From positions 672,001-736,000 of the forward strand of contig JBPOFY010000001.1 of assembly GCA_051252375.1 (NCBI GenBank): a stretch of DNA of 64,000 bases. Reading direction: 5' to 3'. Below the pieces are notes generated by a model that ran no database searches, had not been told where the DNA came from, and was given only the letters and a program-made list of their open reading frames with translations. This DNA comes from Opitutaceae bacterium. Its GTDB lineage: Bacteria; Verrucomicrobiota; Verrucomicrobiia; Opitutales; Coraliomargaritaceae. Position 1 is the stretch's first letter; every line of letters begins with the position of its first letter. Below, piece after piece: positions 9,124 to 20,322 of this stretch. The position numbers and the translations under genes are program-made.

Positions 9124-9154
9124 AAAAAGGGCACCCAAATATTGGGTGCCCTTT
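9124..9154 (-). terminator. Rho-independent terminator
   Basis: AAAAAGGGCACCCAA-AT-ATTGGGTGCCCTTT hairpin downstream of the minus-strand lipoprotein gene. Confidence 0.8.
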
Positions 9155-9229
9155 GTTGTAAGTTATGATTGGAACCTGAGTGGTGGCGTCAATCTGTTGA
9201 TGCCGAACCTAGGAGCCAGATTCTTGATG

Positions 9230-9394
9230 TTAGTTAGTTGCGTCTTTGATTGCGTCTGCTGCGTCATTGACAGCGTCTTCGACGGCATCAGCAGCTTTTT
9301 CAGCATCTGACTTCTTTTCGCAGCCAGTGGAGAAGGCGATTCCGCCAAGCATGAGGATTGCGATTGCGAGGTATGTGAGTTTCTTTGTCTTCAT
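9230..9394 (-). CDS. Small lipoprotein (54 aa)
   Basis: MKTKK + hydrophobic stretch + lipobox STGC; Ala/Asp-rich helical mature part. Confidence 0.8.
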   Translation of the reverse strand: MKTKKLTYLAIAILMLGGIAFSTGCEKKSDAEKAADAVEDAVNDAADAIKDATN

Positions 9395-9554
9395 AATATA
9401 CGTGTATGGTTGAGTTATGTAATGTGCCATTCGGCAGAATCAGTTATATCGCGTTTGCCATAGAATGAAAGGTCTAAGTGGGGTCGCTTCGAGGCGCGTG
9501 GAGGCAAGGGTCCTGTGTTCTTAGACAGTTCCGAGCGAAGCGACATGATCCAGA

Positions 9555-9687
9555 ATTTTAGGCAGAATGATTTTTCCTGAATGGGTGGTTTGTTGATTAA
9601 TGATCGCTGAGTCCAACGTGTTCCATAATGCATGATCCCCATCTTCTAATCTTAGCTTCACCCGAGAAATCATTCTGCCTTAAAAAT
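9555..9687. repeat. Inverted repeat of the CAGAAT(C/G)AT family
   Basis: ATTTTAGGCAGAATGATTT ... AAATCATTCTGCCTTAAAAAT. Confidence 0.6.
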
Positions 9688-9839
9688 ACGGAGCATACGA
9701 ACCGGTGCTATGTATTTCCAGCGCAGCTGGAGGCCGCTCATGGTCGTTTAGATGGGGGTTCCTCTTTGATTATAGGTCGTGTTGCTTAATTGGTTGAAAC
9801 TACATTGAGTGGGTTTTCTTATTTTGTCCTAGAAATTTT

Positions 9840-10916
9840 ATGAGTCAGACACTGGAAGGTTTAAGTTATAGCGAGATGGAAGCTGCGTTGGTACGGGGCG
9901 AGGTCAACCCAGTCCATGCGCACCCATTATTTAGTGCGGTGCAGCGTCAACTCCTGCGTGGTGACCTCAGTCAGGCGGCAGGTATCTTACCGCCTGTTCA
10001 GCGGTGGCTTGGGAGTCCGGATGCGATCCCCGCTTGTTACATGAAGTCGGTGGATGAAACACCAAGTGCGGATGGTTTTACGCGAAAGTATCTTCTGGAG
10101 CTTTGCGATGGCACTGAAGTGGAATCAGTTCAAATGGGCTTTCCGGGGCGCTTTACTGCCTGCCTTAGTAGTCAGGTGGGCTGCGCGATGGGCTGTGTCT
10201 TTTGTGCGACGGGGCAGATGGGCTTTTCGAGGAATTTGACTGCGGGCGAGATCGTGGCGCAGGCGCATCATGTCGAGCGTGAGCTGCGGCGCACCAATCC
10301 GGGCGAGCGACTACGTAATATCGTGATGATGGGCATGGGTGAGCCCTTGCACAACTTTGAGCCTGTCATGGAGGCGCTGGAGATCCTTACGGACGATCGA
10401 GGGCTCAACATCGGGCCGGCTCGTGTGGCGGTCAGCACGGTGGGCTATGTTCCGGGTATCGAGAAGCTAGCGCGTCACCCGAAGCGCTACTCCTTGGCGG
10501 TCAGTCTGCATGGGGCCAGCGACGAAGAGCGCGGTAAACTGGTGCCGCTGAATAAGCGTTGGCCCTTGGATGTGCTCTTGGAGGCTTGCCGCGAGTATTC
10601 TGCGATTAAGCGGGCGCGTGTATTTTTTGCCTGGACCTTAATTCGCGGGTTAAACGATAGCGATGACCATGCGCGTCGATTGGCAGACTTGTTGAAGGGC
10701 ATGGATGCCCACGTTAATTTGATTCCATTGAACCCCACAGAGGGTTTCGACGGTGGTCCGCCTGACGAAGTTCGGGTGCGTGCATTCCAGCAGATCATTC
10801 AAGACGCGGGGCTGCCCAGCACAGTGCGCCAACGTCGTGGGATCGACGTGAATGCCGGTTGCGGCCAGTTGAAGGCTAAGCGCCGACCTAAGGGAGTGGC
10901 AGGCCTAGAAGTTTGA
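9840..10916 (+). CDS. rlmN: RlmN/Cfr-family radical SAM RNA methyltransferase
   Basis: CLSSQVGCAMGCVFC, MGMGEP, SLHG, HVNLIPLN, GIDVNAGCGQL. Confidence 0.85.
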   Translation: MSQTLEGLSYSEMEAALVRGEVNPVHAHPLFSAVQRQLLRGDLSQAAGILPPVQRWLGSPDAIPACYMKSVDETPSADGFTRKYLLELCDGTEVESVQMGFPGRFTACLSSQVGCAMGCVFCATGQMGFSRNLTAGEIVAQAHHVERELRRTNPGERLRNIVMMGMGEPLHNFEPVMEALEILTDDRGLNIGPARVAVSTVGYVPGIEKLARHPKRYSLAVSLHGASDEERGKLVPLNKRWPLDVLLEACREYSAIKRARVFFAWTLIRGLNDSDDHARRLADLLKGMDAHVNLIPLNPTEGFDGGPPDEVRVRAFQQIIQDAGLPSTVRQRRGIDVNAGCGQLKAKRRPKGVAGLEV

Positions 10917-10946
10917 GTGCGGGCAGGGTCTGAGGAGCAATGGTTC

Positions 10947-11105
10947 ACGGCAGAATCATTTTACGACAGAATCATATTTTTAACGGGGAGCATAGTTGAG
11001 CAAAGGATTATTACGGGAGAGTCTTATCAAGAATATCTAGATGCTTTCCTGTTCGTCGGTACAGCTGGCTGAGCGGTAATGATTCTGTCGAAAAATAATT
11101 CTGTC
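10947..11105. repeat. Doubled inverted repeat of the CAGAATCAT family
   Basis: ACGGCAGAATCAT-TTT-ACGACAGAATCAT versus ATGATTCTGTCG-AAAA-ATAATTCTGTC. Confidence 0.75.
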
Positions 11106-11212
11106 TTAAATCACGTGGCTGCAAGCATCGCGCTCAGTAGAAAACTGCTTCTCTTTCACATTATTTTGTGTGCATTTTTGCTCATTCGTGATTTCAAACG
11201 AGTAGTCCTTTT

Positions 11213-12285
11213 ATGAAAAAGTCTTACGATGCCTCTACCCGTGCCTTGCCGCATGTGCAAAACTTACACGCTTACGTGCCAGGTGAACAGCCGCAGGGGG
11301 AGGGTTGGGTGAAACTCAATACCAATGAAAACCCATATCCGCCTACGCCGAAGGTGGGTGTTGCGGTGGCCAAGGAGGTGGCGAATCTACGCAAATACCC
11401 GGAGCCAGTGAGCCAGAAACTGCGTGCGGCGATTGGTGCTCGTTTTGGGCTTACGGAGCAAAACGTCATTATCGGCAATGGTTCCGACAATATCCTCGAT
11501 TTGATCACACGTTGCTTCGTGGACCAAGCTGGAGCAGCGCATACAGTGCCGAGCTATTCGCTCTATCCGGTCGTGGCTGGTATGTCGGATAAGGGTTTGG
11601 TCGATGTGCCATTTACTCGGGAAATGAAGTTGGATGTGGACGCCATCGCAGCGACGAAGGCGGCGGTCTTTTTTCTAACTTCACCCAATGCGCCAACCGG
11701 TGTGGCTTTTGGTTTGAAGGAGATTGAGGCGGTGCTGGCGCGAATTGATGGTTTGCTCGTAGTTGACGAGGCCTATGTCGATTTTGGTGGTGAATCTGCG
11801 ATCTCCTTGCTCAGGGATTACCAAAATCTGATCGTGGTGCGGACTTTTTCGAAGTCCTACGGTCTTGCTGGTATGCGTGTGGGTTTCGCCCTCGCTGATG
11901 CCGCTATCATAGGGATGCTGGATCGCGTGCGTGATGCCTATAATTTGGATCGTATTGCGCAGGCGGCGGCCTTGGCGGCTTTTGAGGACGTTGCCTATTT
12001 TGAGGAGCAACGAAAGAAGGTCATTGCCACGCGTGAGGCGACACTAGCGGCTTTGGATACACATGGTTGGTTCACTTATCCGTCGGCCACAAATTTCCTC
12101 TTTACCGAGCCAAAGAATTCCGTCGGAGAGAGCGGTGCGGCTGTGGCGAAGGACCTTTTCGAGCATCTGAAGCAAGCCAAGGTTTTGGTGCGCTATTTTC
12201 CGGGGCATCCTTTAACTTGCGCTTTCATTCGAGTCAGCATAGGAACTGATGCTGAAATGGAGGCTTTTTTAACCGCCGTCACATC

Positions 12286-12304
<19 letters not shown>
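11213..12304 (+). CDS. hisC: Histidinol-phosphate aminotransferase
   Basis: [38 protein letters not shown]. Confidence 0.95.
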
Positions 12305-12888
<584 letters not shown>

Positions 12889-13037
12889 GGCCCGCGAGTT
12901 TATCCACGCCAAGAGTGTGGTATCCTTTGCCGTGGTCTGTTGCGAAACTTTCATCCCAGTTATGAGGTAAATTTTCGTAAACGAAAATCTTGTCGGCTTG
13001 CATCCTGCGCGGAGATGGGCACCCTGTGCGGTTTTCT

Positions 13038-13676
13038 ATGAACACATCGCAATCCAAAACACAGCCGAAACTCGCCGTAATTGATTACGGAATGGGGAAT
13101 CTGCGTAGTGTTGTGCGTGCGTGGGAGCATGTCGGTGCAGATGCTGTTCTAGTCACATCACCTGATCAGATTGTTGGCGCAGACGCCCTTATTTTCCCCG
13201 GACAAGGGGCGATCGTGGATGCGATGCGTCTCCTTAAAGAGACGGGGTTTGATGATGCGATTCGTGAATGGATTGCTGCAGACAAGCCGTTTTTTGGTAT
13301 ATGCCTTGGTTTGCAGGCATTATTTGAGCACTCGGAGGAGGGAGATACTGAAGCCCTCGGCGTGTTTAAGGGGAAGGTGAAGCGCTTTAAGATAGATCCC
13401 TCGCTTAAGATCCCGCATATGGGCTGGAACGCTGTCAGCTTTGATGCTGAAGACCCGATTGTAGAGGGGCTCGCCAGTGGAGTGGATCAGTTTTATTTCG
13501 TCCACAGTTATTACATAGCTCCCGAGGATTCATCTTTAACTCTATTCGAGACTGACTATGGAGGTCGTTTTGTGTCCGGCATTCGGTGCGGAAATTGCTA
13601 CGCTACGCAGTTCCACCCTGAGAAAAGTCAGTCCAAAGGCTTGCACCTTTATCGCAATTTCTTGAAAACTCTGTAG
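13038..13676 (+). CDS. hisH: Imidazole glycerol phosphate synthase, glutaminase subunit
   Basis: [37 protein letters not shown]. Confidence 0.97.
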   Translation: MNTSQSKTQPKLAVIDYGMGNLRSVVRAWEHVGADAVLVTSPDQIVGADALIFPGQGAIVDAMRLLKETGFDDAIREWIAADKPFFGICLGLQALFEHSEEGDTEALGVFKGKVKRFKIDPSLKIPHMGWNAVSFDAEDPIVEGLASGVDQFYFVHSYYIAPEDSSLTLFETDYGGRFVSGIRCGNCYATQFHPEKSQSKGLHLYRNFLKTL

Positions 13677-13736
13677 CTATAGTCGACTCTCGTTCACTTG
13701 CATCGTCTTTATTATCAAGCTTTAATCTAACATATC

Positions 13737-15026
13737 ATGGAAACCACCGGCACTATCCGACTAGGCAATGAGAATTTCGAATTCCCGATCATTGAGGGAA
13801 CTGAGGGCGAGAAAGCCTTGGATACAAGGACTTTGCGTGCGAAGTCTGGGCACATCATGTTCGATGAAGGCTACGGGAATACTGGTTCATGCCTGAGTCA
13901 GATCTCCTTCATTGATGGAGAAAAGGGCATCCTCCGGCACCGTGGTTATCCTATCGAGCAACTGGCCGAGCAATCGACCTTCCTCGAAGCGGCGATGTTG
14001 GTGATCTATGGTGAGTTGCCCAAATCGGGTTGCTTGGATGGTTTTCGTAATCACGTCCGCGACCATGCTTCGGTCCATACAGGGATGCATCACCACTTTG
14101 ATGGCTTCCCTATCAATGCGCATCCGATGGCGATATTATCGTCTATGTTGAACTCACTTGGTGCATATTATCCTGAGATGTCATCGAATGATCGGGAGCG
14201 GGATTTAGCGCATTTTGATGAGACAGCTGCTCTTTTGATTTCTAAGGTTCGCACCATTGCAGCGATGACATATCGCATGAAGCAAGGCTTGCCGTTTGTC
14301 TTCCCTGATCACAATCGCCGTTACGCTGAGAACTTCCTGCACATGATGTTCTCGGAGCCGTATAACACTTATATTGACTCTTGTGGTGCGGCGGACGCGC
14401 TTGACCTGTTCTTGCTTCTACACGCTGATCACGAGCAAAACTGCTCAACTTCAACCGTTCGTATGGTGGCTTCCGGTGGGGCAAATCTTTTTGCTTCGGT
14501 TTCAGCAGGCGTGTGTGCGCTTTGGGGCCCATCACATGGTGGTGCCAATATGGCGGTTATCCAGATGCTAGAAGAAATTCATGCCGCCGGAGATGATGGC
14601 TCACGCTTCATCGAAGATGCGAAGAATGGTAAGGCCAAGCTGATGGGCTTTGGACACCGTGTGTATAAGAACTATGACCCACGGGCTAAGATCCTCGGTA
14701 AGAGTGCTGAGCACGTGCTTTCAGGTATCGGTATTGATGATCCATTGCTCGATATCGCGAAACATTTGGAGCAAGCGGCATTAGAGGATGATTATTTCGT
14801 AAAACGTAAGCTCTACCCGAATGTCGATTTCTATAGCGGCATTTTGCTCAAGGCGATTGGTATCCCTGTTGAAATGTTCACAGTGATGTTTGCCATCGGT
14901 CGCATGCCTGGATGGATCGCGAACTGGAAAGAAATCGCAGAAAACCCTAAGAGTCGCATCCATCGCCCACGCCAAGTGTATACCGGTGAGCCTCAACGTG
15001 ATTTCGTCAAGCTAGGTGACCGCTAG
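13737..15026 (+). CDS. gltA: Citrate synthase
   Basis: [43 protein letters not shown]. Confidence 0.97.
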   Translation: METTGTIRLGNENFEFPIIEGTEGEKALDTRTLRAKSGHIMFDEGYGNTGSCLSQISFIDGEKGILRHRGYPIEQLAEQSTFLEAAMLVIYGELPKSGCLDGFRNHVRDHASVHTGMHHHFDGFPINAHPMAILSSMLNSLGAYYPEMSSNDRERDLAHFDETAALLISKVRTIAAMTYRMKQGLPFVFPDHNRRYAENFLHMMFSEPYNTYIDSCGAADALDLFLLLHADHEQNCSTSTVRMVASGGANLFASVSAGVCALWGPSHGGANMAVIQMLEEIHAAGDDGSRFIEDAKNGKAKLMGFGHRVYKNYDPRAKILGKSAEHVLSGIGIDDPLLDIAKHLEQAALEDDYFVKRKLYPNVDFYSGILLKAIGIPVEMFTVMFAIGRMPGWIANWKEIAENPKSRIHRPRQVYTGEPQRDFVKLGDR

Positions 15027-15124
15027 TGCTTGGTGGGAGAACAAATGATTCTCCCTAGACCAGTCGAGACAGTCGTCAGACTGGAGATTGCTTTGGTCGC
15101 TGGCTGGCAATAAAACCTGCCGGC

Positions 15125-15913
15125 TTACTCTGCTGGCTTCTCGGGAGCTCCGTGGAGGACATCTTCGAGTTTTAGGCCAGTCATTTGATTGATACCCTTG
15201 AGAAGTTGCCAAAGCGCGACCATCATGATGATCATGCTGGGTATCGCGATGACGGGCCAGCTCCAGGCCATCATTTTACTGACTTCAGAGTTGAATGCAT
15301 CGGTGCCGCTGGGGCTCACGACGATCCAGCGGGCGAGGATGAAGTTGAGCACAGCGCTTAGCAGAAATGAGCCTGCCAGTAGCCAAGTGCACATGACCAG
15401 TAGTTTGTCGAAGGCAGCTTCCTTTTGGTTGGCCTCTAAACGTGCATGCACTTTGTCGACATCCATGATCTCTGGATTGAAGAGTAGGGTGCGAATGAGC
15501 GGATAGGGTGTCTTTAGTGAAATGATCACAGCGAGCCCTAAGAGGAAGGGGATGGCGGCTTCTTTGACTGCAAACCATTTTGTTGGGATCTCTAGAATCC
15601 CAATGCCTCCGGTCAAGAGCACACTGATTAAACCGAGGATGGAGAAGATGTTATATTTACCGCGCTTGAAGTAGTCGTAGATGAAATAGCTGACAGGGAA
15701 AAGTATCGCGATGATGAGAATCGGCACAGCCACATTTTCGAAGTGTGGTTCCAGATAGCTGCCAAACCATTTCTTTCCCTTATTGAGAATCAAGATGGGC
15801 AAGAGGATATTGAAGCCCAAATTCAGGAAGGTATTTTCCTTTTTCACCGGAGGCTTGCTCGGTGCGGAAGAATTTTTGGGCTGAGGCGTGCTGCTGGGTT
15901 GCGGATCAGTCAT
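15125..15913 (-). CDS. Integral membrane protein, VC0807-like family
   Basis: Multiple TM helices; [31 protein letters not shown] motifs; start moved to MTDPQ to avoid overlapping coaB. Confidence 0.7.
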   Translation of the reverse strand: MTDPQPSSTPQPKNSSAPSKPPVKKENTFLNLGFNILLPILILNKGKKWFGSYLEPHFENVAVPILIIAILFPVSYFIYDYFKRGKYNIFSILGLISVLLTGGIGILEIPTKWFAVKEAAIPFLLGLAVIISLKTPYPLIRTLLFNPEIMDVDKVHARLEANQKEAAFDKLLVMCTWLLAGSFLLSAVLNFILARWIVVSPSGTDAFNSEVSKMMAWSWPVIAIPSMIIMMVALWQLLKGINQMTGLKLEDVLHGAPEKPAE

Positions 15914-15938
15914 GTGTTCGCTTAGGCTTTTCCGAGTT

Positions 15939-16589
15939 ATGTCGAACGCAAGCACTATTCGTTGTCTTATTACAGCCGGGCCTACCCGGGAATTTATCGA
16001 TCCGGTTCGCTTTATTAGCAATCCATCGACCGGAAAGATGGGCTTTGCCCTCGCGGATGCCGCGGTGGAAGCCGGATGGACGGTGGATCTGATTGCCGGG
16101 CCTGTCGCGCTAGAAGAGCCGGATGGTGTGATTCTTTACCCTGTCGTGACTGCTGAAGAAATGTATCACCAAGTCGATGCGCTTTTTGATGCGTGCGATA
16201 TATTGATCATGACGGCTGCGGTGAGTGATTTCCGACCAGTGACGCAGCACGCGGAAAAAGAGAAAAAGGGCGATGCCTCGATGACGGTCGAATTTGAACG
16301 CACCATTGATATCTTGAAGACGGTCTGCGAACGAAAGGTGCACCAGACTGTGGTTGGATTTGCCGCGGAGACGAATAATGTGGTGGACTACGCGAAGAAG
16401 AAACTGGCCGAAAAGAAAATGGATTGGATCGTCGCTAACAAAGTGGGCGAGCCCGGTGCTGGTTTTGCCGCTGATACCAATGAGGTGATACTGATTGCCG
16501 CTGACGGCAGTTCCGCAAAGCTCGGTCCAACGAGTAAAGCCGCGATCGCGAAAGAACTGATTCAGTTAGTCACGCCAATCTCTTCGTAG
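15939..16589 (+). CDS. coaB: Phosphopantothenate--cysteine ligase (stand-alone CoaB)
   Basis: [39 protein letters not shown]; no N-terminal CoaC flavoprotein domain. Confidence 0.9.
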   Translation: MSNASTIRCLITAGPTREFIDPVRFISNPSTGKMGFALADAAVEAGWTVDLIAGPVALEEPDGVILYPVVTAEEMYHQVDALFDACDILIMTAAVSDFRPVTQHAEKEKKGDASMTVEFERTIDILKTVCERKVHQTVVGFAAETNNVVDYAKKKLAEKKMDWIVANKVGEPGAGFAADTNEVILIAADGSSAKLGPTSKAAIAKELIQLVTPISS

Positions 16590-16596
16590 CGGTGTC

Positions 16597-16626
16597 TTAA
16601 TCATACTCTTACTCCTAATCTTAATC
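16597..16626. repeat. Left arm: five degenerate hexamers
   Basis: TTAATC ATACTC TTACTC CTAATC TTAATC. Confidence 0.9.
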
Positions 16627-16641
16627 CTCTTTATCTTTGCC

Positions 16642-17034
16642 ATGCCTGAAATCTTTGATCACGAAAAACTCAAAGTTTATCAGCGTGCTTTGGACTTTGT
16701 GGAATTTACAGATGCCTTGTCTGCAAATGTGTTGAAGGGCTTAGCGGTGCGTGACCAGATGGATCGTGCTTCTACATCAATCGTGCTGAATATTGCGGAG
16801 GGTAATGGCAAATTCACTTCAAAAGACCGTTGTCGTTTTTTTGATATAGCCCGAGGCTCCGCTTTGGAATGTGCCGCCGCTTTGGACGTATGTGTTCGTC
16901 GTGGAAAGACTGATGAGACCCTGGCGGGAGAGGGTAAAGAGATTTTAAGGGAGATCGTTTCGATGCTGGTTGGATTAATCCGTAGTCAGAAGGCGGATCG
17001 AGTCTATGAGGATCAGACTGAGTATGGAAATTAG
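16642..17034 (+). CDS. Four helix bundle protein (23S rRNA IVS/TIGR02436-like)
   Basis: FDHEKLKVYQ, RDQMDRASTSIVLNIAEGNG, RFFDIARGSALEC. Confidence 0.92.
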   Translation: MPEIFDHEKLKVYQRALDFVEFTDALSANVLKGLAVRDQMDRASTSIVLNIAEGNGKFTSKDRCRFFDIARGSALECAAALDVCVRRGKTDETLAGEGKEILREIVSMLVGLIRSQKADRVYEDQTEYGN

Positions 17035-17040
17035 AACTGG

Positions 17041-17070
17041 GATTAAGATGAAGAGTAGGATTAAGATTAA
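17041..17070. repeat. Right arm: five degenerate hexamers, inverted relative to the left arm
   Basis: GATTAA GATGAA GAGTAG GATTAA GATTAA. Confidence 0.9.
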
Positions 17071-17078
17071 GTCGTTTT

Positions 17079-18248
17079 ATGAAGCACACTGGACTCGATA
17101 AAATACTCGGACGCGTTGAAGACCTAGATTCGGTTAATCTGGGTATTCTTGTTCAGCGCTTGGCGCGTGAGCGTAAGATGCAGGAGACGGTCTTTAATAC
17201 GATTCAAGATGGTATTCTAGTGATCGATTCGGATGGGGTGGTGCAGTATGCGAATGAGGCCGCGTCTGGGATCATCGGGCTGAAGTCTAGCGATATCGGC
17301 GTCACACGTTTGTGGAAAATGGTGCCGGATCTCGCGCAATCAATTGATCGTTCGACTGTTTCTGGTAAAAAGAAAGTAGCACCGGTGCTTTCTCGAGAAG
17401 TGGAGTTGAACTATCCCGAGCATCGTATCGTGCGTTTATACATGGTGCCGATCGATGCGCAGGTGGGACATGACGATAGTGGTGGCTATGTGATCGTGAT
17501 TTCTGACATCACTGAAGAAAAAGTTTCGATGGAAGAGCTGATCGAGAATGAACGCACTTCTTCGATTGTTCGTCTAGCTGCGGGTGTAGCGCATGAGCTA
17601 GGGAACCCCTTGAACTCGTTGACGATCCATTTGCAATTGATCGAGCGTAAGCTGAAGAAGTTAGCGCTGGCGGAAGAAGGCCAGAAGCTGTCTGAGTCGT
17701 TACAAGTGTGCCAAGGAGAGGTGCAGCGGCTGGATGGTATCATCACTCATTTCCTTGAGGCGGTGCGCCCTCAGAAGCCTGAGCTCAACGAGTTGGATCT
17801 TGTCGATCTAGTGGATGAGGTCTTGCGCGTGCAAGAAGCCGAGCTGCGTGATCGGAAACTCGATGTTAATGTAGAGGTCGATTCGGAGCTACCAGCGATT
17901 CTTGGGGACCGTGGTCAGCTTAAGCAGGTGTTTTTTAATCTAATCAAGAACGCGATGGAGGCGATGCAAGCCGGTGGTCAGCTCAGCATTGTGACACGTA
18001 AGGACGATGACTTCGTCTATATGCAGTTTATCGACACTGGGTCGGGTATCTCTGAAGAGGAGCTCTCTCGGGTCTTTCAGGCGTATTATACGACCAAGAA
18101 GGAGGGGCATGGTCTGGGTATGATGATTGTGCAGCGTATCATGCGTGAGCATGGTGGTCAGATCAGCCTAGAATCACGAAAAGATAGGGGGACAGTGATC
18201 ACGCTGCAGTTCCCGCAACAGCACCGCCGGACACGTTTGCTGAAGTAG
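17079..18248 (+). CDS. PAS-domain sensor histidine kinase (NtrB/PilS-like)
   Basis: PAS (DGILVID..YAN), H-box AHELGNPL, N-box [21 protein letters not shown]. Confidence 0.92.
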   Translation: MKHTGLDKILGRVEDLDSVNLGILVQRLARERKMQETVFNTIQDGILVIDSDGVVQYANEAASGIIGLKSSDIGVTRLWKMVPDLAQSIDRSTVSGKKKVAPVLSREVELNYPEHRIVRLYMVPIDAQVGHDDSGGYVIVISDITEEKVSMEELIENERTSSIVRLAAGVAHELGNPLNSLTIHLQLIERKLKKLALAEEGQKLSESLQVCQGEVQRLDGIITHFLEAVRPQKPELNELDLVDLVDEVLRVQEAELRDRKLDVNVEVDSELPAILGDRGQLKQVFFNLIKNAMEAMQAGGQLSIVTRKDDDFVYMQFIDTGSGISEEELSRVFQAYYTTKKEGHGLGMMIVQRIMREHGGQISLESRKDRGTVITLQFPQQHRRTRLLK

Positions 18249-18267
18249 GTTTGGTGCGAGGATTTGC

Positions 18268-19299
18268 TTATTCTTTTAAGGTCAATTCGCAGCTGTGAGC
18301 GGCAAATCCTGCACCAAAAGAGGTGAGCCAGATATTTGCAGGCGGGCTCGCTTCGTAGAGTATGTCTTCGAGCGCGAACAGCACAGAGGGGCTACTGATA
18401 TTGCCGTAGTCGCGTAGTATTTTCCAGCTGGCACTGAGTTTTGTTTTGGGTAGTGCGGCTTCTAGGGCGAGTAACACGTCGCGGCCGCCTACGTGTGCGG
18501 CAATCTGGTGTTCCGGTGTGATGCCTGCGGTCGTGTAGAGCTCACGAACTACAGGTGCCGCCACTTCAGGCACTGTGCGGTCCAACTGGTTGCGAAGTTT
18601 GCCAGCCTTGTTGGTGAATCGCAGTAGCTCGCGGGCTTCTGGCTTATGGATTGTATCGAAGTTCCGGATGCGGTATCCGGTTGTGTCTGAGTTGTTTGAC
18701 CAAATGGTCGCCGAGGCGCCATCGCCGAAGAGGCAGGCGCTGATGAGCACGCCGGGGTCGTTATCGAGGTAGAAGGCGGCAGAGCAGATTTCCACGGCGA
18801 TGCAAGCGACGGTCGCTTGTGGGTTGGCTGCCAGAAAGCCTTCGGCACTGCGAATCGTTGGAATCGCTGCACCGCAACCAAGGCCTACGATATCTTGCAA
18901 GTATGTGCGATTGGACAATCCGAGGGCTTCTGCTACGTAACTGCTAAGCCCTGGGCACAAGTAGCCCGTGCACGTGCAAATGAATAGTGCGTCGAGAGAC
19001 GCAGCATTGATCTGGGCACGGTCGAGTGCTTTGCGCAGAGCCTCTTTGGACAAGGCGGGGGCGTGTTGCTCGAAATTCTGATTCAGTGTTTGAGCGTCTA
19101 GGGAGAATAATCGAGAGACGTCTTGCGTGGCGAAGTGCCTTTTCTGGATGCCAGTGTCGCCTTGTAACACTTTTTGGAGCAAGGTTTGTGCGCGGCTTGA
19201 GAGCTCGTTGAACTCTGGAGATACAGTTAGTATATCCCAGCACTCGCTTTGAGTGTATGATGCTTTGGGGACGGCTCGGCTGATGGATTGCAGATACAT
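18268..19299 (-). CDS. Type III polyketide synthase (chalcone/stilbene synthase-like)
   Basis: TCTGYLCPGL, GLGCGAA (Cys), LFGDGA, AHVGG (His), YGNISSPSV (Asn), FGAGF. Confidence 0.9.
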   Translation of the reverse strand: MYLQSISRAVPKASYTQSECWDILTVSPEFNELSSRAQTLLQKVLQGDTGIQKRHFATQDVSRLFSLDAQTLNQNFEQHAPALSKEALRKALDRAQINAASLDALFICTCTGYLCPGLSSYVAEALGLSNRTYLQDIVGLGCGAAIPTIRSAEGFLAANPQATVACIAVEICSAAFYLDNDPGVLISACLFGDGASATIWSNNSDTTGYRIRNFDTIHKPEARELLRFTNKAGKLRNQLDRTVPEVAAPVVRELYTTAGITPEHQIAAHVGGRDVLLALEAALPKTKLSASWKILRDYGNISSPSVLFALEDILYEASPPANIWLTSFGAGFAAHSCELTLKE

Positions 19300-20322
19300 T
19301 TAGTGCGTGAGTCTATAGAGGAGATTGAATGGAAGCAAATGGGTGCGTGATAAGCCGGCTAAAGCTCGCTGCCCCAGCGGGTGGCTCAGCCATGGGTGCA
19401 GGATTCGTGCGGCACGCAGGCGGCTGTCGAAGTGTTGGTGGAAACGTTCATCAATACTGTTCTTCGCGGTATTCCAATCGAGCTGGCCAGATGCATATTT
19501 CAAAATAAATGGAAACGTGATTTCGGCTGATTCGAGGGCAATCGACATGCCGTTACCGGTGAAGGGGGGGATGACGCTATACGCATCGCCCAAACGTAGT
19601 GTGGCTGCCTTTGATGTGGGTATGCTGGAAAATTCGATGCCTGCGACGCCAGCATGACTTTCTGGGTCGATGCCTCCATTAGCAATGCGCTCGGCGACTA
19701 CATTTAACCCAGATGCGTTGAGATAGGTGACGAGCCAGTCTGATCGTGGGGCTTTCAGGGCGGGGTTACGTTTGACGAGTGCGCACACATTGACGCGCCC
19801 ATTTTCAATGGCAGAGAGCCCGACGTAACCGTTCTTGCCCAGATGCAATTCTAGGTCTGCAGTGGTTTGCAGTTTGGTGCAGTGGAGTTTGAGCCCGATC
19901 CAGTCTGACGACTTTGTGAGTTGTCGCCCGTTACAGTAAACTCTTCCTTCATCGAGATCGGTGTCTTGAATGCGTTGATTCATCGCCAGTTGTCCGCCCA
20001 GCTTTTGAAAGCTCTCAGCCAGTCTTTGATCGATGAGGTGGCGAGAGATCCCTGTCGCTTCGGTGGGGAGGTCTTTGTGTAGCACCGTGCGTTGTCCAAT
20101 GTGCCAAGCGGTCGATTTGTGTAGGGCACATCCATCGAGTGCTGAGGAGAGCCCAAGTTCCTTGAGCGCTGTGGCACCTCGTCCACAAATGAACTCACCG
20201 CATACTCGATGCCTTGGGAGTGTGCCTGCTTCATATATGGTGACGGGCACTCCCTCGCGTTGGAGTGCGTTGCCTAAAGCGAGCCCTGCAAGCCCTGCGC
20301 CGATGATGGTAATCGGTTTCAT
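19300..20322 (-). CDS. FAD-dependent oxidoreductase
   Basis: IIGAGLAG, RHRVCGEF, LGDAYSVIPPFTGNGMSIA; ATGA overlap with the upstream gene fixes the start at 20322. Confidence 0.88.
   Translation of the reverse strand: MKPITIIGAGLAGLALGNALQREGVPVTIYEAGTLPRHRVCGEFICGRGATALKELGLSSALDGCALHKSTAWHIGQRTVLHKDLPTEATGISRHLIDQRLAESFQKLGGQLAMNQRIQDTDLDEGRVYCNGRQLTKSSDWIGLKLHCTKLQTTADLELHLGKNGYVGLSAIENGRVNVCALVKRNPALKAPRSDWLVTYLNASGLNVVAERIANGGIDPESHAGVAGIEFSSIPTSKAATLRLGDAYSVIPPFTGNGMSIALESAEITFPFILKYASGQLDWNTAKNSIDERFHQHFDSRLRAARILHPWLSHPLGQRALAGLSRTHLLPFNLLYRLTH

Noticed and set aside
5380..11105. Intergenic repeats as a CRISPR array or DGR template/variable repeat
   Set aside because: They are inverted or nested pairs without regular repeat-spacer periodicity; there is no cas or reverse transcriptase gene, and the 7452/7794 duplication differs at synonymous positions of all base types rather than only adenines.
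15888..16021. Apparent head-to-head overlap of coaB and the membrane protein ORFs (also extended starts at 3922, 12990, 20385, 27843, 38569)
   Set aside because: Artefact of longest-ORF calling; downstream ATGs match the family N-termini or signal peptides and remove the overlaps.
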